A stretch of 64,000 bases of DNA from Fibrobacteria bacterium (GCA_043745805.1 JAYTSD010000037.1:32001-96000); one strand, 5' to 3'. Shown: positions 37,520 through 46,210, counted from the stretch's first letter. Numbers and translations: made by a program. The notes: generated by a model not told the origin, from the sequence alone.

Positions 37520-38596
37520 ATGAAAAATAAGTTTACCGAAACTTTATCTAGCAAAAAAATAGGACTTGCTCTGTCCTTAATTCTTTTAGGAGCATCTTTG
37601 GTAATGTCGCAAACCGCACCTAAATATAAAATATTGGATTTTAATGGAGTAGGTGGATTTCCTCATGATAGTCGTCCAGCAGCAAGTACTTTGCTCGATT
37701 CCTTAGGTAAAGCATTGAATATTCAAGTAGATCATTCCGCCCTAGCCTCTGTATTTACCGATGCCAACCTGGCGCAATATAAGGTGCTGATTATCAACAA
37801 TTCCACGGAATTAGGTAAAATCGCCACTACCGTTGAACAAAAAGCAGCCATCATAAAATTTATGAAATCCAATGGCTATTTAGGTTTTCATGGCGCAGGC
37901 GATACCAAGGTTTCCTTTCCTGAATACACAACTTATTTAGGTGGTGAATTAAGCACGCATGGTGGTGGCAACGCTACATTAAATTTGGATACTTCCAATT
38001 ATGCCAAAAATATCAGCTTCATTAATAAAGGATTATTGCCTCAATATATACTTGGTGGTGAATGGTATGCCTATAAAACAAATCCTCGTTTAGCTCCAGG
38101 GATTCAAATTTTATATGGCATGGATGAAAGCAGCTGCTCAGGTTGTGTAAAAATGGCCACTCCTGATCATCCCATAGCATGGGTGCATATCGAACCCGTA
38201 ACAGGTGGCCGTGCTTTTTATATGGCTATGGGGCATGAAAAGTCGGTATTTACTAATTACAAATGGATTAAGCAAATGGTGTCGAATGCACTTAAATGGG
38301 CTGCTCGTGAACCTGGAACCGAGGAAGTTGTTGGACCAGTTTCCGTACGTCAAACTGTTTTGCCAGGCAATAATAACTTCTTGGTTAAATCACAAAACGC
38401 TGCTTTAACTGTGGAGACCACGGAAAAAGGTGCTCATACATTTGAACTATTAACCTTGGATGGTAAGCGCGTGGGTTCACATAAAGGTGTAAATAGCGAA
38501 AGTTATACTTTCACCAATCTTCGCTCCAGTACAGTATACTCTGTGGTTTCTTATACCAAAAAAGGCAAAGAATCTCACTTAGTTACAGTGCAATAA
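37520..38596 (+). CDS. Secreted ThuA-domain protein with T9SS-like C-terminal domain, paralogue 2
   Basis: Signal peptide, GFPH, NNST, GYLGFHGA, EWYAYKTNPR, DHPIAW, FYMAMGH, ALKWAA; tail LTLDGKRV...VYSVV. Confidence 0.82.
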   Translation: MKNKFTETLSSKKIGLALSLILLGASLVMSQTAPKYKILDFNGVGGFPHDSRPAASTLLDSLGKALNIQVDHSALASVFTDANLAQYKVLIINNSTELGKIATTVEQKAAIIKFMKSNGYLGFHGAGDTKVSFPEYTTYLGGELSTHGGGNATLNLDTSNYAKNISFINKGLLPQYILGGEWYAYKTNPRLAPGIQILYGMDESSCSGCVKMATPDHPIAWVHIEPVTGGRAFYMAMGHEKSVFTNYKWIKQMVSNALKWAAREPGTEEVVGPVSVRQTVLPGNNNFLVKSQNAALTVETTEKGAHTFELLTLDGKRVGSHKGVNSESYTFTNLRSSTVYSVVSYTKKGKESHLVTVQ

Positions 38597-38615
38597 GAAA
38601 TTTTTTAAAATCGAC

Positions 38616-38652
38616 AAAAAAAGATGCGGGTCAAATGGCCCGCATCTTTTTT
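38616..38652 (+). terminator. Intrinsic terminator
   Basis: A-run-GATGCGGG-tcaaatgg-CCCGCATC-T6. Confidence 0.85.
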
Positions 38653-38671
38653 ATTATATAAGAAAAATAAT

Positions 38672-40762
38672 ATGCATAAATCAAACGGAAAAATATGGAT
38701 TAATTTGGCTCTTGTTTTAGGAGGGCCACTTTTTTTCCTCTTATTTTTAGAGGTCGTTCTTTGGTTTGTCGGAGTGAAGCCTCTTTATCTTTCCGAAGAT
38801 CCCTTTGTAGGGTTTGCTTCGGGACAGCCGCTTTGTGTTTTACAAAACCGCACTATAGGGGGTAATGTATACGTTACCAATCCTGCTAAAATCTCGCATT
38901 TTAATTGGCAAAGCTTTCCGCAAAAGAAAGCGGCCGGTACCTATAGAATTTTTACCGTAGGCGGCTCTACCACTTATGGGCATCCCTATCATGATCCCAC
39001 TTCTTATAGTGGATGGTTGCGTGAGTTGCTGCCTGTTGCCGATCCTAGCCGAAAATGGGAAGTAATCAATGCGGGTGGAATAAGTTATGCGAGTTATCGC
39101 GAAGCGAAATTGATGGAGGAATTAATTGAATACAAACCGGATTTATTTGTGGTATATAGTGGTCACAATGAATTTTTAGAAGAACGTACCTATAGAAAAA
39201 CAGTCAAGTTACCGGCATTTATTCGCGAAACTAGTGCTTTACTGGATAAAACCAGAACCTATACAGTATTAAGAATATTAATACATAAATTAATGGGAAA
39301 ATCGGACATTAAAAAAAACAAAACACCTACACTTGCTTCCGAAGTGGATGATGTTTTAGCAAAAACCATAGGGCCAACATCCTATACCCGAAATGATACC
39401 TTGCATACCGAGGTGTTGGAGCATTTTAATAATTCCTTGGAACGCATGGCGCGGTTGGCGCATTCGGTGGGAGCAGAAATTATTTTTGTGACCACTCCTT
39501 CGAATGAAAAAGACTGTTCCCCTTTTAAAAGCGAAGTAACAAACGGATTGACATCTGCTGAGATTGAAAAAGTAAATGTCTATTTGCAGCAAGCGCATAC
39601 ATTGATACAAGCTAGTCAAAAAGAGTTGGCCTTAGTGCAATATGCGAATGCATTAAGTATCGATAATCGCAATGCGGATATTTATTATGCAGCAGGCAAA
39701 TTAGCCTTTGAGCTAAAACAAGGTAAGGTAGCCAAAAAGTATTTTCAAAAAGCTTTGGAGGAAGATATTTGCCCTCTACGCGCCTCACCTCGTATGGCGG
39801 AAATGATTAAGCAGATTGCAATAACAACGCATTCGCGCAGTTTGGATTTTGTGGACACTTTGGAAAAACAAATGCAAATGCAATATCAGCATAATTGTTT
39901 GGGCGAGCCGGATTTTCTCGATCATGTGCATTTAGATATTCCTGATTATAAACATTTAGCTTTAGGCTTGATGGATGAATTGATACGTATGAATGTTTTG
40001 CATACACAAAAAACATGGGGAAAAGAATCTATTGATCAGGTGGATAAAAAAATTATGAACCAAGTTGATACGCGAGAGCAGGGCATAGCTTTACATAATT
40101 TAGCGAAGGTGATTAATTGGGCCGGTAAACATGAGGATGCCGCGGTGATTGCGGAAAAGGCCTTAGCAAAGGACAGTACTAGTTTGGAAGCGATTTGGGG
40201 ATCCTTATTTGTAGGTGCAGCGCGCGAACGCGAAGGGAAAGAAACGGAAGCTATTATTCATTATTCGCGAGCGGTAAAATTAGATTCTAATAATCCCAAA
40301 TCGCGAGGTTTTTTGGCGGGGGCTTTAATGCGTTCTGGAAAAAATACGGAAGCAACGCAACAATTATCTGCGGCCTTAGAATTAGAACCAAACAATCCGG
40401 AAACCCAAGCGGAACTGGGGCAACTTTATTTGGGTTTAGGAAAATATGCAGAAGCGGCTGAACATTTAGCATTGGCGGTGGAAAAATTACCACTACGTCC
40501 AGATTATCATTATGCTTATGCGGTAGCTTTACTGAAGAGCAATCAAATAATGAGAGCAGAAGCGGAGTTCCGGCAAACTTTAGCTTTAAATCCTAAAGCA
40601 GCACAAGCCTTGGTAGGATTGGGATTGATTGCCAAAAATCAGGGTAACATGGGTGTTGCTATTCAATATTTTGCACAAGCTTTGCAAATGCAGCCGGACT
40701 TAGTAGAAGCGCAGAACGCTTTAAGTCAAAGCTTGGGCGGCATGTCGGGAATGAAACCTTAA
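38672..40762 (+). CDS. Membrane-anchored SGNH-like domain + TPR protein
   Basis: One N-terminal TM; RIFTVGGSTTYG, EVINAGGISYAS, YSGHNEF, FLDHVH; many C-terminal TPRs; start moved to ATG 38672, after the terminator. Confidence 0.78.
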   Translation: MHKSNGKIWINLALVLGGPLFFLLFLEVVLWFVGVKPLYLSEDPFVGFASGQPLCVLQNRTIGGNVYVTNPAKISHFNWQSFPQKKAAGTYRIFTVGGSTTYGHPYHDPTSYSGWLRELLPVADPSRKWEVINAGGISYASYREAKLMEELIEYKPDLFVVYSGHNEFLEERTYRKTVKLPAFIRETSALLDKTRTYTVLRILIHKLMGKSDIKKNKTPTLASEVDDVLAKTIGPTSYTRNDTLHTEVLEHFNNSLERMARLAHSVGAEIIFVTTPSNEKDCSPFKSEVTNGLTSAEIEKVNVYLQQAHTLIQASQKELALVQYANALSIDNRNADIYYAAGKLAFELKQGKVAKKYFQKALEEDICPLRASPRMAEMIKQIAITTHSRSLDFVDTLEKQMQMQYQHNCLGEPDFLDHVHLDIPDYKHLALGLMDELIRMNVLHTQKTWGKESIDQVDKKIMNQVDTREQGIALHNLAKVINWAGKHEDAAVIAEKALAKDSTSLEAIWGSLFVGAAREREGKETEAIIHYSRAVKLDSNNPKSRGFLAGALMRSGKNTEATQQLSAALELEPNNPETQAELGQLYLGLGKYAEAAEHLALAVEKLPLRPDYHYAYAVALLKSNQIMRAEAEFRQTLALNPKAAQALVGLGLIAKNQGNMGVAIQYFAQALQMQPDLVEAQNALSQSLGGMSGMKP

Positions 40763-40766
40763 GTTT

Positions 40767-42527
40767 ATGTATGTTCTAGGCATCTCGGCTTTTTTTCATG
40801 ATAGCGCGGCCTGTTTATTACAAGATGGTAAACCCATAGCGGCTGCCGAAGAAGAACGCTTTACACGCAAAAAACATGATTCTGCTTTTCCAAAACAAGC
40901 CGTGGCATATTGTTTGCATTCGGCCGGAATAACTATTTCTCAAGTAGAGGCCGTTGTTTTTTATGAAAAACCTTTTATAAAATTCGAAAGAATTTTAGAA
41001 ACCTATTTAGCTTATGCGCCGCAAGGTTTTCGCACTTTTGCTAAAGCCATTCCACGTTGGGTTAAAAAAAATATTTGGATTCGTAAAACCATTGCAGAGG
41101 AATTGAATTATACAGGAAAAATCTTATTTCCTGAGCATCATGAATCCCATTCTGCTTCGGCATTTTTTGCTTCTCCTTTTGAAAACGCAGCTATTTTGAC
41201 TTTAGATGGTGTAGGAGAGTGGGCAACTACAAGTTACGGTATCGGCAAAGGAAACCATATTGATTTACTCGCGGAAATTCGTTTTCCACATTCCCTAGGC
41301 TTGCTGTATTCCGCATTTACATATTACACAGGTTTTAAAGTGAATTCAGGTGAATATAAAGTTATGGGTTTAGCACCTTATGGTAAACCCCTGTATAAAG
41401 ATTTGATATATGAAAAATTGATCAAGGTTAAACCAGATGGTTCTTTTCGTTTGAACATGAAATATTTTTCCTTCGCGACAGGCCTCACCATGACGGAAAA
41501 ACCCTTTCATGATTTATTTGGGGAACCCCCACGAAAACCCGAAAGCCCTTTAACACAAAAAGTGATGGATATTTCACGATCGATACAAGAAGTCATAGAA
41601 GAAATTGTTTTGCTCATGGCAAAAAATTTGCATGCCATAACCGGATCGGAAAATCTTTGTTTGGCAGGTGGCGTGGCTTTGAATTGTGTCGCGAATGGTC
41701 GCTTATTACGCGAAGGCCCCTTTAAAAATATATGGATACAACCCGCTTCTGGTGATGCTGGTGGGGCACTAGGAGCTGCATTGGTGGCTACGTATCATTA
41801 TTTCGATTTGCCGCGAACGGCTAATAATTTAGAAGATAAGCAAAGCGGATCTTTGCTTGGGTCTGAATATTCCGCTTCTGAAATCCGCGCCGAATTAGAT
41901 AAACAAAATGCAAAGTATAAAGAACAGTCTTGGGAGCAAATTCCTCTCATAGCTGCCGATTTAGTAAACGAACAATATGTGATAGGTTGGTTTCAGGGAC
42001 GTATGGAATTTGGGCCTCGTGCTTTAGGTGCACGTTCTATATTAGCGGATGCGCGCAATCCGCTAATGAAAGATAGAGTGAATGAAAAAATAAAATATCG
42101 CGAACGCTTTCGGCCTTTTGGGTGTTCAGTGCTAAAGGATAAAATCAGCCATTATTTTTCCATGCAAGACGAAAGCCCCTATATGCTTATGGTGGCAAAA
42201 GTTTTAGGCGATCCTGTAACATCCCCGATACCCGCGGTGACTCATGTTGATGGATCGGCACGTATTCAAACGGTTACCCCAAAAGAAAGCCCATTGTTTC
42301 ATGCTTTATTAAAACATTTAGATGAAAAGCATCACTGCGCCGTTATTTTAAATACCTCCTTTAATTTACGCGGAGAACCTTTAGTATGTTCACCGGAAGA
42401 CGCCTATCGTTGTTTTATGCGTACGGGCATGGATTATTTAATAATCGGAAATTTTCTTTTGGATAAAAAAGCACAAATTCCTTGGCCGGAAGAAATTGAT
42501 GAAAGCGAAATGTTAGAGGCCGATTAA
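40767..42527 (+). CDS. O-carbamoyltransferase (NodU/CmcH family)
   Basis: LGISAFFHDSAA, EEERF, EHHESH, TLDGVGE, GEYKVMGLAPYG, AGGVALN, EFGPRALG, THVDGSARIQ, NTSFN. Confidence 0.95.
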   Translation: MYVLGISAFFHDSAACLLQDGKPIAAAEEERFTRKKHDSAFPKQAVAYCLHSAGITISQVEAVVFYEKPFIKFERILETYLAYAPQGFRTFAKAIPRWVKKNIWIRKTIAEELNYTGKILFPEHHESHSASAFFASPFENAAILTLDGVGEWATTSYGIGKGNHIDLLAEIRFPHSLGLLYSAFTYYTGFKVNSGEYKVMGLAPYGKPLYKDLIYEKLIKVKPDGSFRLNMKYFSFATGLTMTEKPFHDLFGEPPRKPESPLTQKVMDISRSIQEVIEEIVLLMAKNLHAITGSENLCLAGGVALNCVANGRLLREGPFKNIWIQPASGDAGGALGAALVATYHYFDLPRTANNLEDKQSGSLLGSEYSASEIRAELDKQNAKYKEQSWEQIPLIAADLVNEQYVIGWFQGRMEFGPRALGARSILADARNPLMKDRVNEKIKYRERFRPFGCSVLKDKISHYFSMQDESPYMLMVAKVLGDPVTSPIPAVTHVDGSARIQTVTPKESPLFHALLKHLDEKHHCAVILNTSFNLRGEPLVCSPEDAYRCFMRTGMDYLIIGNFLLDKKAQIPWPEEIDESEMLEAD

Positions 42528-42955
42528 TGAGAATGGATGATTCGGAAAATCCAATTGTTGCACTTGAGCGAACTCCGCGGCAATTAAGAATTTTTGCTTT
42601 ACGAGTTTTGATTTTCTGTACCATTTCAGGATGGGTACTTTTTCATAAACATGCTTTTCGAATGTTTATATGGTGGGGTTTAGGGGGCACCTTTTTTTTA
42701 AGCGCACTTTGTTTCCCTAAAGTTGCCGCTCCATTGCGAGAGAAATTACATGGCTTACAAAAAGTATTTGAAAAAGTATTAACATTCATATTGTTAGTAA
42801 TAATATTTTACTTTGTATTTACTCCATTGGCTTGGGGTGCACGTAAAATCGGAAAGAAATTTTTGGATTTAGCAATAAACGGCGATGAAAAAACTTATTG
42901 GATACCTAAAGAAAATCGTAGCCGAGATAAATCGTCTTATGAAACGACTTATTAA
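42527..42955 (+). CDS. SxtJ-family membrane protein
   Basis: Three hydrophobic segments, LRIF, IFYFVFTP, TYWI; directly after the carbamoyltransferase. Confidence 0.7.
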   Translation: MRMDDSENPIVALERTPRQLRIFALRVLIFCTISGWVLFHKHAFRMFIWWGLGGTFFLSALCFPKVAAPLREKLHGLQKVFEKVLTFILLVIIFYFVFTPLAWGARKIGKKFLDLAINGDEKTYWIPKENRSRDKSSYETTY

Positions 42956-42996
42956 TTAAGTAAGGGCTGGAGATTTAAAACGGAAATTTATCTGTT

Positions 42997-43149
42997 TTAG
43001 AATAGTGAATAGATGAATGGCGCTAAGGTTGCGCTTTCGGTAAAAAGAATAAGCCCCGCTAAAAGCAAAAGCATTACAACAATGGGAAGTAGCCACCATT
43101 TTTTGCGGGATTTTAAAAATCCCCATAATTCTTTAAGCATTAAACTCAT
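42997..43149 (-). CDS. 50-aa SxtK/DUF5989-like small membrane protein
   Basis: Below the ORF-track cutoff; manual translation MSLMLKELWGFLKSRKKWWLLPIVVMLLLLAGLILFTESATLAPFIYSLF*. Confidence 0.85.
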   Translation of the reverse strand: MSLMLKELWGFLKSRKKWWLLPIVVMLLLLAGLILFTESATLAPFIYSLF

Positions 43150-43206
43150 TATGCAAAGTTAATTGGAAAGCGAAAAGCCTACAAGCAATTGAGCATTATG
43201 GAGAAT

Positions 43207-44061
43207 TTAATTTGTCCAAATCATGGCGGATTCTTTTATAAGCGCAAATTGTGTAAAAGTGCTGGGAGAATAAACCACACTATTTTTTGTAGAATTTGCC
43301 TTAAATTCCAAAAGATTTAAAGCATGAGACTTATCAACCTTTATGGGTTTTTCTGTGTTTTCAATAGGCTGGAGTTGTATTTCATGGATAGTATTTATGG
43401 TCTTGGAATTCAGTAACTTTTTGAAAGACTCACTTAAGAATTCCCAAGTGGCTCTTCGTAATTCATGCACATTATTAATTCCCATTAGATTTAAAGCCAA
43501 AATATTTTGAGGGGTAAAATTAGGGAGCTGTTGCAAATTAATTTTTTGCAGTAAAAGCGTATTGTCAAGCGCCGTATTGTAAACGCTAACTCCGGTTTTT
43601 TGCAAATGCGCTATGGTATTGGCAATGGACGCATAAGTTGCATTAGGACCCAAACCAATGGAAATATTTAATCCAATACATTGCTTAATTTCTTGTTTAA
43701 TGCGCCAGCCAATATCTAAAAGGGATTCTAAGGGATAAGCGATATCCAATAGTATTTTGTCGACAGACATTAATTTTATTCCGGTGGAGTAATTTTGAAA
43801 AATATGCCGTATACGAGCAAAAATATTCCAATAAAGAGAATAATTCGCTATTAATAATACAGTATTATTTTTATTACTTATCACTTGGGCCTCGTGATAA
43901 TTGATTCCATTTTTTAACCCCAAAATTTTCGCTTGAGGAGAACCGCAAATAATATATCCCGAGCTATTATTTAAAATGGCGACAGGCTTTTCGCGAAGTG
44001 AGGGGTTGAAAATTTTTTCGCAGGCTAAATAAAAAGTTCCAAAATCTACTAATGCATGCAT
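43207..44061 (-). CDS. umuC: Degenerate, truncated UmuC-like Y-family polymerase
   Basis: ALVD..FY..CE..F.P.L..KPV and ISIGLGPN are recognisable; SIDE is replaced by SVDK; 284 aa with no evident little-finger domain. Confidence 0.75.
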   Translation of the reverse strand: MHALVDFGTFYLACEKIFNPSLREKPVAILNNSSGYIICGSPQAKILGLKNGINYHEAQVISNKNNTVLLIANYSLYWNIFARIRHIFQNYSTGIKLMSVDKILLDIAYPLESLLDIGWRIKQEIKQCIGLNISIGLGPNATYASIANTIAHLQKTGVSVYNTALDNTLLLQKINLQQLPNFTPQNILALNLMGINNVHELRRATWEFLSESFKKLLNSKTINTIHEIQLQPIENTEKPIKVDKSHALNLLEFKANSTKNSVVYSPSTFTQFALIKESAMIWTN

Positions 44062-44064
44062 GAT

Positions 44065-44481
44065 TTAAACCTTATGGAGAACGAAGGTGACTTTGCCCCA
44101 AATTTCGAAATCGGATCGATTGGAGACGTCTAAAGGAGGGTAATTTGCATTGGACGGCTGGAGAACAATATTGTTTCCATTCTTTAAAAACCGCTTAATG
44201 GTAAAGGCTCCATCCAAAATGGCAATTATTACATCTCCCGATTTCGCTTTCAAGGATTTATCAATAACTAGAATATCGTCATGATAAATTCCTGCACCGA
44301 TCATGGAATCACCTTTACAACGGCATAAAAATGTGGAAGAGGGGTTGCGAATTAAATGTTCATTGATGTCGAGATTCCCATCTAAATAATCATCTGCAGG
44401 ACTGGGAAATCCGGCCTCAATGCGACCAGCAAAAAATGGAACCGAGACTAAATTTGTGGGAGTAGCTTGAAAGAATTTCAT
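44065..44481 (-). CDS. umuD: UmuD (S24 peptidase)
   Basis: AGFPSPADDY cleavage region, GDSM, FTIKR, IWGKV; start placed at ATG 44481. Confidence 0.92.
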   Translation of the reverse strand: MKFFQATPTNLVSVPFFAGRIEAGFPSPADDYLDGNLDINEHLIRNPSSTFLCRCKGDSMIGAGIYHDDILVIDKSLKAKSGDVIIAILDGAFTIKRFLKNGNNIVLQPSNANYPPLDVSNRSDFEIWGKVTFVLHKV

Positions 44482-44488
44482 GGAATAA

Positions 44489-44514
44489 ATATACTGCACA
44501 TCAGGGCAGTATAT
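44489..44514. promoter_or_regulatory. LexA (SOS) box
   Basis: Minus strand 44495-44508 reads TGCCC-TGAT-GTGCA, matching Fibrobacter-type TGCNC-N4-GTGCA. It is nested in ATATACTG-N10-CAGTATAT, immediately upstream of umuD. Confidence 0.8.
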
Positions 44515-44556
44515 CAAGGATTTTAATTAAATTTTATTTGCTTAAATCTAAGGATC

Positions 44557-44630
44557 TGCACCAGACAGGAGTCGAACCTGTGACCTTCGCCTTCGGAGGG
44601 CGACGCTCTATCCAACTGAGCTACTGGTGC
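44557..44630 (-). tRNA. tRNA-Arg (anticodon CCG)
   Basis: GCACCAG acceptor, D arm TAGCTCAGTTGGATAGAGC, anticodon arm TCGCC-CTCCGAA-GGCGA, T arm ACAGG-TTCGACT-CCTGT; CCA not encoded. Confidence 0.97.
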
Positions 44631-44698
44631 AATTCCAAAGGGGATTAAAGTTAAATCAAGCCCCTTGCTGCGGCAAGCAGTAGCGATTCATTAAATGC

Positions 44699-45967
44699 TT
44701 AGAGTATTTTGTATTGCAAACCTAAGGCGAGAATGAAAGTATTCTTTCTTAAGGTAACATCCCCTATATTGGGAATCGTAGTTTTATCTTCAAAATAAAA
44801 TCCATTTCCAAAACCAAAATTGATATTCACTTTAGCCGTAGGATGATATGCGAAACCACTGGCAACAGTGCATCCATTTAAACCTGGATTTTCAGGGGAA
44901 TAGGATTCGGGTTTAGCTCCAGTGCTATAGTAAAGAATGCCCGTACTTAAAGCCCATTGTGGGTGAACTTGTGCTTCTAAGGCGAGTCCAGATTCCCAGC
45001 CATCATTATGCTTGTCTTCAGCTCCACCCCAATCAGAAATTTTATTCATGAAATAATTAAAGGATAAATCAGTGCGCCAAATAGGATTGAATTGATAACC
45101 CAAACCTAAACCAATTTCGGGAGGAATATCATGATTGAATTTGGATCCCTTGGTTTTTAAGGATTGGCGTAATAGACCTAGATAAGGAACCCTATTTGGA
45201 TTGCTAGCCAATTCTGTTTCAAAATTCAAATCACTTTTATCAACTTCATATTCCATTTTCACAATAGTTTCAAAACGTAACCCAATAGTTAAGGCTTCGG
45301 AAGGAGTAATATTAATACCAAAAGCGCCACCCCATCCAGAAGCAGATTCTTTATGATCGATAGCTTTGGTGGCTCCGTTGCTTAACGGTTTTCCCGCATC
45401 CACTTCAATGGTGGTTTGCGCATAAACGTATTTTAAGCTCGCAGCAATGGAATACATTTTATTAATAGCATAAGCTCCACCTAAGGATGGGGCTATTGAA
45501 GTTATCGCTAACTTTACATCGGTAGTGTAATCGGGATCACGTGCTAATAAAGCGCTTCTTAAAAGACCGGTTGACACAGTACCCTCTTGATAATCCAAAT
45601 TTCCACCGCCAATAGGAAACGTGAGCGTAGAGAATATGGACCAGTCATCATGCTTGAACACAATAAAACCTGTTGGCAAAATGAAACTGGTTAAATCGGA
45701 TTTATAGGACGGTTGATTAGGAGCAATTTGGCGATTGAATTTTATTAATGTTTGATTATTCGCATTAACATAAAGTCCATCTTCCAGTTTCATGACACCT
45801 GCGGGATTATATATAGCCGCATCGGCGCTATTGGTAGCGGCATTGCGACTTACTGTGCGAATATATTCGGCACTAAAATTGGTGCGATTGTCTACCGCGC
45901 CACCCATAACCAAATGTGCGGCCAAGCCAATAAACATTGAGGCAAAAGCATATAGTTTGGTTTTCAT
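44699..45967 (-). CDS. FadL/OmpP1-like outer-membrane transporter
   Basis: Signal peptide, RNAAT..ADAAIYNPAG hatch motif, GGG, terminal LGLQYKI. Confidence 0.75.
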   Translation of the reverse strand: MKTKLYAFASMFIGLAAHLVMGGAVDNRTNFSAEYIRTVSRNAATNSADAAIYNPAGVMKLEDGLYVNANNQTLIKFNRQIAPNQPSYKSDLTSFILPTGFIVFKHDDWSIFSTLTFPIGGGNLDYQEGTVSTGLLRSALLARDPDYTTDVKLAITSIAPSLGGAYAINKMYSIAASLKYVYAQTTIEVDAGKPLSNGATKAIDHKESASGWGGAFGINITPSEALTIGLRFETIVKMEYEVDKSDLNFETELASNPNRVPYLGLLRQSLKTKGSKFNHDIPPEIGLGLGYQFNPIWRTDLSFNYFMNKISDWGGAEDKHNDGWESGLALEAQVHPQWALSTGILYYSTGAKPESYSPENPGLNGCTVASGFAYHPTAKVNINFGFGNGFYFEDKTTIPNIGDVTLRKNTFILALGLQYKIL

Positions 45968-46210
45968 GGGGTCTCCTTGGCTGAGTAACTTTAAGACTTC
46001 CTATACCATTTAGGAATAGAAAGGAATAAAAGATTGAGGCATAATATAAATTACCGAACAGGCTTTGCCAAAAGGCCAAGAGGGAAAATGCTAATTTTTT
46101 TCTCACAAGCCTCTTGTAAGAATTTACATTTACCGACTATCGATTTGAGAAGGATAGTAATGTCTTCCAAATATTCACGATTAACTTCAGTTAAGTAAAC
46201 GAGGCGAGAA

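Noticed and set aside
38624-38671. ORF-track start of the SGNH-TPR gene at 38624
   Set aside because: That ATG lies inside the ThuA-2 terminator stem; ATG 38672 is more plausible
40767-43149. Saxitoxin biosynthesis cluster
   Set aside because: Only sxtI/J/K-like genes are present; no sxtA, sxtG or other core genes in the window
44482-44517. umuD extension to 44517 (MIYCPDVQYIYS)
   Set aside because: It runs through the LexA operator; ATG 44481 gives a typical UmuD length
43207-44630. Integrative element inserted at tRNA-Arg carrying umuDC
   Set aside because: No integrase, and no duplicate of the tRNA 3' end was noticed in the window; an old remnant cannot be excluded
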